DNA of 64,000 nucleotides from Pseudomonadota bacterium (GTDB lineage Bacteria > Desulfobacterota > Desulfobacteria > Desulfobacterales > RPRI01), in contig JBDRRF010000031.1 in the NCBI GenBank assembly GCA_043825875.1, positions 1 through 64,000 on the forward strand, read 5' to 3'. Made by a program: the position numbers and the translations under genes. Within the stretch, counting starts at the first letter, position 1. Each line of letters begins with the position of its first letter. Below, piece after piece: positions 58,675 to 64,000 of this stretch. The notes beneath the pieces are model-generated. The model did no database searches, was not told the origin of the DNA, and was given only the letters and a program-made list of their open reading frames with translations.

Positions 58675-59064
58675 TTTAACCTCCATTTTTGATTGCCGAT
58701 TTTGAGAGTGATTCATTTGAAAGTATATCAATCACCCTATCCCGCAACGACTATAACTGCGACTCTATCTGTTTGACGCTTTTGTCAAGTACCTGTGTAC
58801 GCTGTCCGGTTGTGGCTTTGAATTCAATACGCTCAGATTCGCCTAACGCAACCAGTCTTTTTAATTCTCTTAGATTTATAATCCGTTTCTGCTATTCCCC
58901 GGTATTTTGCTAAATTTGTTACAACTGATTTTTTGGCCATCGTAATCTGATAATATGAGAGTATTTAAAAAGTCATTTACAGCATTTTTTTTATCATCCA
59001 TCATAAAAACAAAACTATCAAAGAGAAAATTTCAAACTGGCGTTTTATACCGAATAGTAAATAG

Positions 59065-59559
59065 TTAAGATCCGACTCTGTCAGCTTTCTTAATTGAATT
59101 ATAATCTGGTTTATATAATATGTTATCTTTTTTAAATTTTATTTTTAAGCCTTTTTGCAAAATGAATACAGGAGGCAAGGATGTAACCACCTCACCTATA
59201 AAAACATTATTTTCTTTCATAATTATTTTTAAATCAAGATAACCACTTTCATATTCAACTTCATTATCAATTGGTTCAGATATTGCAAAAAATGCTCTCG
59301 TACTATAAATATTTCCCACTACAATTTCAAAGTTTCGATTGAAACTTGACAGTTTCGGTATTAATTTCAACAACTGTTTTGGGTAGTAATTCTTTGCCTT
59401 AGCTTTGCTTAAATCAAAGATGTGATATCTGTTTTTTATCAGATCTACTTGGAATAAATTTGGAATAGATATTTTTCGATTGTCTTCCATTATAATATTA
59501 CCCACGATTAATACTGATAAGTAAAGCCAATACTTCCGAATATGTTTGCGTTTGATCAA
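59065..59559 (-). CDS. Hypothetical protein (AT-rich; start uncertain)
   Basis: ORF only, TTG start. Confidence 0.4.
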   Translation of the reverse strand: MIKRKHIRKYWLYLSVLIVGNIIMEDNRKISIPNLFQVDLIKNRYHIFDLSKAKAKNYYPKQLLKLIPKLSSFNRNFEIVVGNIYSTRAFFAISEPIDNEVEYESGYLDLKIIMKENNVFIGEVVTSLPPVFILQKGLKIKFKKDNILYKPDYNSIKKADRVGS

Positions 59560-59769
59560 TTAAGTATTGGTGAAAATCCATAGTTTCAAGTTAACCAGTT
59601 AAGAGCGTCCGCTCTCCCGACATTATATACAAATAACGTGTACATAAAATTAAATAATTTGGACACGTTTTATTGTCATATCCACAACATGGACATGTTA
59701 TTTTGAGAGAATCTTAAATATGCACTGCAATAGTGCATATTTTTCTAATATGCACTGATTATGCAAAAA

Positions 59770-60870
59770 TCAGTGCATATTAGAAAAGGTCTTAAACAAA
59801 TCATATAATCCGGTATTTATATAAAAAACATCCCGTCCAACCTTTTTTCTTTTTAAAATATTAATTGATTCAAGTTGGTTAAGATATCTTCCGGCTACAT
59901 TGCGGGAGGCAATATTCTTTCCCACCAAATGGTCTATTCTCGTATATACATTGGTAAAAAGTATTTCCACAAGTTCATGGGAATATACTTTTGGTAGTTT
60001 GTTTTGTATAGATTTACGGACATTTTCCATGAGCGTCACAATCTCTTTACTTAACCCCAAAGTGAAACAGGCTGTTTTTTCGACAGCCGTAAGCATAAAG
60101 TATATCCACTCTTCCCAACTATTTTCAGTAGTTACCTTTCTGAGTAACCTATAATAATCGTCTTTATGCTGAATAATATAACGGCTTAAATACAAAAGAG
60201 GTTCTGAAAGCAATCCTTTCATCACCAGATAGAGAACATTTATAATTCGTCCGGTTCTTCCGTTCCCGTCATAAAAAGGATGAATTGATTCAAACTGATA
60301 ATGAATAATGGCCAGCTTGATTAAGGGATGAAGGGTTTCTGTTTCCGTATTGATATATGTCTCAAGATTTGCAAGTAAATCCCGGATTGTTTTTTCATTT
60401 TCCGGCGGGGTATACATCACCTTACCGGTCTTGTCATTAACCAGTTTTGTCCCTGGAAGCTTTCTGATACCAGCCTTGTTTTGCTCCAGCTCTTCCTGGA
60501 CATTGACAATCGTATTGGTGGTTAACAGATTGTGTTCCTTTACCAGATGGAAGCCTTTGTAAAGGGCGCTGCGATAATTCAGGACTTCTTTTACCGCCGG
60601 TTCCGCTATTTTTCTATTGTCCGCCAATGCCCGGAACAATTGATCATGGGTTGTTACAATATTTTCTATTTCCGAGCTGTCTTTTGCTTCCTGCAATATA
60701 ATTGAATTAATAATAATGGCTTTGTTAGGCAGAAGTTCGGCATATCCTCTCAGCTCCGCAAGGAACTGGCTGGCAACCACTAGTTTTTTTAACACCTCTT
60801 TGGTTTCGATCTCCGCCTTTGGCGGCAAAAGAGGAAGATCGTTATAAGGTTTTTCCGGATCAAAACTCAT
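59770..60870 (-). CDS. Fic-family protein
   Basis: Intact HPFYDGNGRTGR; N-terminal inhibitory-type SSEIEN; C-terminal HTH-like region. Confidence 0.93.
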   Translation of the reverse strand: MSFDPEKPYNDLPLLPPKAEIETKEVLKKLVVASQFLAELRGYAELLPNKAIIINSIILQEAKDSSEIENIVTTHDQLFRALADNRKIAEPAVKEVLNYRSALYKGFHLVKEHNLLTTNTIVNVQEELEQNKAGIRKLPGTKLVNDKTGKVMYTPPENEKTIRDLLANLETYINTETETLHPLIKLAIIHYQFESIHPFYDGNGRTGRIINVLYLVMKGLLSEPLLYLSRYIIQHKDDYYRLLRKVTTENSWEEWIYFMLTAVEKTACFTLGLSKEIVTLMENVRKSIQNKLPKVYSHELVEILFTNVYTRIDHLVGKNIASRNVAGRYLNQLESINILKRKKVGRDVFYINTGLYDLFKTFSNMH

Positions 60871-61018
60871 GATTTCGGCTCCTGAAAGTCAAATATTTCA
60901 CATTGCATAAAATCATCGGTGTTATTACTTCCCCCAAGTTTTTGTCTTGTTGATGCATACAAGTTGTATGCCTTATAACTGTTTTATTTCAGTCAAATTT
61001 TAAAGTGGAACCCCCAGT

Positions 61019-62947
61019 TTAGACAGTTTCTATTTTCCAGCCTATATTCGTCAACCTTTCTTCATGACCTGCGATACTATCTTTGTGTACTGCCAGACAA
61101 AGAACACTTTTAGGTCTGGACATTGCAACATATAGTTGTTTCATAAATTTTATATTTTGCTTTTTATCTTGTCTTTCTGCACTTGGATCAGAAAGGTTTT
61201 TGATTAGACTCCCTACATCCATGTTTTTTTTATATTTAGTTTCAAGTACTAATATTGCATCATGGGTCTGACCTTTAACACCATGAATTGTATCGAAGGC
61301 AACAGGGATTCCATTATCTTTCTTAATAATATTAACATTCTCAGTATTACTGAATTTTTTCAACTCCGCATTTGAAGGGTATGACCAAAAAGTATTGGTA
61401 GAAGATTTTGAAGTAAAATTGCTTAATACTGTATTTAAAACAGTCAACAGATTCTGAATTGCAATTTCCCAATTTTCTTTCGAAGGCAGCGTGTTTTCCA
61501 TTGCCCAGTTGCCAAACACTTTATTGAACTTTTCCAGACTTTCTTTTTCCTTTTTGAGAGCAGTAAGAAAATTAGTTTCGTTCAAATTGCTTTTTTCCCC
61601 TTCTATAATTATCTCAATATCCAAACCATACAAGTAATGCAAAAGGCAGTTTATAAGGAGTTCATAGTTATCCTTAACATTAGGGCTACTCTGTTGAACA
61701 GCGAACGCAGCACATTCATAAAGACAATCAAATTTGGGTGTTGAGGATTGTTTGGATTTGATAAAGTTTTTAAAGTACATATCAATTCTGACGTGTGATC
61801 CGTTTTCTGATCTCTTTCCAATGGCACCAACCGCCATAGCTTTGATATCTGTTCTATTTACTCCCTTAAATATCTGGGTTAAATGGTCAGAATAGAGCTG
61901 CGGTATTTGTTTCGCAGATTCATCATTATCATAAACATAAATCAAGTTCTTGCCGTAATTTTTACATTTAGCGTGATCACCTAAATTTATACATGTATGT
62001 GATGTGTTCAACTCCAATCTACTGAAACTCAACCCCCTAACTAAATGTGCAATGCAAGGACTAAACCGGTGAGAATCATTGATACGATATTTGCAAGCAT
62101 CCCAGTCATAACTCTTATTAGGCTCATCACTCATGCCGTCATAAATAGCCTGATCGGCATCACCGAATCTTTGAACAGGAGGCTCTTGTGCATTACGAGG
62201 AAAAATCTTTTCTATTAATTCATCTTGATGCTTTTGCGTATCCTGCATTTCATCGATAAACACCATTTTAAACCGGTTCTGTAATGCTTTTTTCAAGAAA
62301 GTGTTATGAAATAAGTTAGCCTCTGCAAATGCATACATTTCACGATATTGGAAGTATCCATTTTTTTGTAAATTTTCCTTTGCGCTAACTAAGTTTTTAT
62401 AAGAATCAGAATTTGAAGGTTTTGGAAACCCAGGAATTTTGAAAATTAATTTTGTATCTTCCCATTTTGTCATAAGGTCTAATTGAGAACAGTACTTTCT
62501 TTTAAGATATGCTTTAGTTTTATATTCGAGGTATAATTCACATTTTTTAAGATAAACTTCATTGTCGATAGATTTTATTGGTATTTGAATATTTCTTATG
62601 AAGGGTATTGCAATAAACTTATTAACAAATTCTTGGATGGTACCAATAAAATGGGGATATTCAAGAAATCGCCAACCGGTAGTATGATTTTTCAAAAGTT
62701 TTATTATTTCATTCTTTGCGACATTTGTGTGCGATAAAACACATACCCCATTTCTTGGCCATTCCCAATTATTTGAGAGTATTAAAAGTTTTGCTGCAAG
62801 CAAAGTAGTCTTACCGCTTCCTGGGCAGGCTTGAACATCAAACGAAGTATTGTCCCTTAAGATTTCACGTCTGGCTTTATCAAAAGTAATGCCTTCAAGC
62901 TCAGCTTCAACAGCATCAATGTCTGCTTCGGTAATCTCAAGCATCAT
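61019..62947 (-). CDS. gajB: UvrD-like helicase (Gabija GajB-like)
   Basis: ACPGSGKTT, DEMQD, GDADQAIY, TIHGVKGQT, LYVAMSR. Confidence 0.8.
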   Translation of the reverse strand: MMLEITEADIDAVEAELEGITFDKARREILRDNTSFDVQACPGSGKTTLLAAKLLILSNNWEWPRNGVCVLSHTNVAKNEIIKLLKNHTTGWRFLEYPHFIGTIQEFVNKFIAIPFIRNIQIPIKSIDNEVYLKKCELYLEYKTKAYLKRKYCSQLDLMTKWEDTKLIFKIPGFPKPSNSDSYKNLVSAKENLQKNGYFQYREMYAFAEANLFHNTFLKKALQNRFKMVFIDEMQDTQKHQDELIEKIFPRNAQEPPVQRFGDADQAIYDGMSDEPNKSYDWDACKYRINDSHRFSPCIAHLVRGLSFSRLELNTSHTCINLGDHAKCKNYGKNLIYVYDNDESAKQIPQLYSDHLTQIFKGVNRTDIKAMAVGAIGKRSENGSHVRIDMYFKNFIKSKQSSTPKFDCLYECAAFAVQQSSPNVKDNYELLINCLLHYLYGLDIEIIIEGEKSNLNETNFLTALKKEKESLEKFNKVFGNWAMENTLPSKENWEIAIQNLLTVLNTVLSNFTSKSSTNTFWSYPSNAELKKFSNTENVNIIKKDNGIPVAFDTIHGVKGQTHDAILVLETKYKKNMDVGSLIKNLSDPSAERQDKKQNIKFMKQLYVAMSRPKSVLCLAVHKDSIAGHEERLTNIGWKIETV

Positions 62948-64000
62948 TTTTCTCTACAGGTGTTAGAACTTTACCAGACACGTGCTCATACATTTGGAGG
63001 ATATATTTTGGTAGCTTACACTTTAATTCTTCTGTATCCCTCGGTTTGTTGTTTTTTTTGTCCCAGTACTTATATTCTAGTATTCTTGCTAATTGATATG
63101 CCGTTTCTGATTTGGATTTACCTCCGGTCAGAGGTTTATAGATTCTTGCAGAAATTTCCGCATTTGTTCCTGTATTAATTTCTTCAAACGCGGTTTTTGT
63201 GCCAATAGCCTGATGCATTTCTTCTTTTAGACCACAGTGAGCGATGTCGTATTCAAGAGTCCAACTTGGTGAAACAAAAGTTTTAACATTTTGTCCATCA
63301 TTCTCTTTCTTTTTATTTATATACACATCAAGCTTCTTTTCCTCTATTGAACCATCATAAAATGATTCAAACGATGTTTTATTTTTATCTGTTTTCTTAA
63401 TATATTTAATATCACTTTTTTCACAATCTTCTTCAAAAGCAACAATATCCGGCCTTAAATCTCGGTCGGCCACACAAGCAACCATTATAGGCACTTGGCC
63501 ATCCTTATCTGGGTGCTCACGCTGTAAAATTCGCGAGAATCTAAAAAGCCCTGTATGTCCAACATTCACAATTGATATACCATTCTTTTCTAATGGACAA
63601 TCAAGCAATTTTGCGATTACCGGAAAAAGTATGTTTTCCGCGTCACCTTCAACGATGATTACACCTCTTGCAAAAAATAAATTAGCCTTCGTTGCGTCCA
63701 AGAACTTTTCGAGGAAATGGTAATCATCTTTATCCAGTCTTGTTTTTCCCTTACGCATATCAAAAACTTTGTTGTCTGCAAGTAAAAGCATGCTATCCAG
63801 CGGTACCTTTGAAGCTAGTATGGGACTATGGGTAGTAAGAATTGTTTTCACACCATTTTGAGATTTCAAGAATTCCAATAGTTGCAGTTGCATCTGTGGA
63901 TGAAGATGGGCTTCCGGCTCCTCAATAAGCAACAATGGTAAATTCTCACCTTTTTCTTGCTGTATTAAAAGCATCTCTGTTGCCATATACATCAGGTTAT
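62937..64000 (-). CDS. gajA: OLD-family ATP-dependent nuclease with TOPRIM domain (Gabija GajA-like), N-terminus outside the window
   Basis: LLIEEPEAHLHPQ, TTHSP, IIVEGDAE, DRD; overlaps the helicase start. Confidence 0.8.
   Translation of the reverse strand, partial: NLMYMATEMLLIQQEKGENLPLLLIEEPEAHLHPQMQLQLLEFLKSQNGVKTILTTHSPILASKVPLDSMLLLADNKVFDMRKGKTRLDKDDYHFLEKFLDATKANLFFARGVIIVEGDAENILFPVIAKLLDCPLEKNGISIVNVGHTGLFRFSRILQREHPDKDGQVPIMVACVADRDLRPDIVAFEEDCEKSDIKYIKKTDKNKTSFESFYDGSIEEKKLDVYINKKKENDGQNVKTFVSPSWTLEYDIAHCGLKEEMHQAIGTKTAFEEINTGTNAEISARIYKPLTGGKSKSETAYQLARILEYKYWDKKNNKPRDTEELKCKLPKYILQMYEHVSGKVLTPVEKNDA

Overview
Low-GC bacterial chromosome segment. Gene content (sigma54 activators, AOR, MetF-MetV fusion, DHH-CBS nucleotidyltransferase next to trpS-scpAB) suggests an anaerobic Desulfobacterota-like organism (inference). 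Left to right: (1) a minus-strand operon behind a sigma54 promoter: FAD oxidoreductase, two small proteins, a phytoene-dehydrogenase-like enzyme, a UroD/MtaA-family methyltransferase, a corrinoid protein, a GcvH-like lipoyl carrier and an MtrH/MtgA-like gene that the ORF track missed at the left edge; (2) two paralogous sigma54 activators, each divergent from an identical -24/-12 promoter; (3) two clusters of integron gene cassettes with attC sites and no integrase in the window (about 14.0-16.4 kb and 24.9-30.6 kb), one carrying a toxin-antitoxin cassette; (4) housekeeping genes and two tRNAs (Val-CAC, Lys-CTT); (5) a DUF1302-DUF1329-BNR-RND uptake cluster, an AOR operon and two iron-sulfur flavoprotein paralogs; (6) a Fic gene and a Gabija-like OLD nuclease/UvrD pair at the right edge. 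Eight full copies and one partial copy of a ~142-bp MITE, each full copy with its own 4-bp target duplication, are scattered through the window, along with a related MITE carrying REP-type hairpins. All calls come from reading motifs by eye; no searches were run.
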